Source: Lepidodermella squamata
Taxonomy: Eukaryota > Animalia > Gastrotricha
DNA: 64,000 bases
Direction: 5' to 3'
NCBI GenBank assembly: GCA_047495785.1
Contig: JBLDXI010000009.1
Span: 4,154,001 to 4,218,000 of the forward strand
Shown here piece by piece: positions 63,851 through 64,000 of this stretch. The position numbers and the translations under genes are program-made. The first letter of the stretch is position 1. Each line of letters begins with the position of its first letter. The notes below the pieces were generated by a model that had not been told where the DNA came from, did not search any database, and worked only from the letters and a program-made list of their open reading frames with translations.

Positions 63851-63981
63851 CTACTTCAATCGAAATTCTATCGCCTGCATGGAGTAAATATTGTCGAGAA
63901 AGTAAAAGCTTGAAATTCCGCGTGCCCAATAAGGAGCTACGCCTGGTATGTAGCCATAATAGTACTTCCCGAACATATTCC
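63851..63981 (-). CDS. Last exon of a fifth FReD unit (gene continues beyond the window)
   Basis: NMFGKYYYGYIPGVAPYWARGISSFYFLDNIYSMQAIEFRLK*, homologous to the last exons of units 1-4. Confidence 0.85.
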
Positions 63982-64000
63982 TGCGAAGTGAACAGAAATA

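Overview
Eukaryotic (invertebrate animal-type) genomic DNA with compact genes and many ~50-nt GT-AG introns, so most ORF-track entries are exon fragments. Host genes, left to right: C-terminal tail of an upstream membrane protein; ENPP4/5/6-like ecto-phosphodiesterase A (+); AP-5 beta subunit (+); a SID-1/SIDT-family channel (+, 4 exons); ENPP paralogue B (-); BIN3 (-); TEX36 (+, largely missed by the ORF track); a two-TM, kinase-less guanylate cyclase (-); three tandem STRA6-like genes (-); and a tandem array of at least five secreted EGF / L-type-lectin-like / PAN / fibrinogen-domain genes (-), interrupted by an intronless ankyrin gene (+). Several non-autonomous DNA transposons with clear TIRs and TSDs are present, some nested. 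The most unusual element is in the 5.8-kb last intron of the SID-1 gene. It holds, all antisense to the host transcript, a ~3-kb intronless coding stretch with a complete, compact Upf1/nidovirus-type SF1 helicase. This runs directly into a CR1-like LINE (APE, RT, microsatellite tail), followed by a Sola-type transposase fragment and another RT fragment. It is a candidate virus-LINE chimera (endogenous viral element) or helicase-carrying LINE inside a gene family linked to dsRNA uptake. All family assignments are from motif recognition only; no searches were run.
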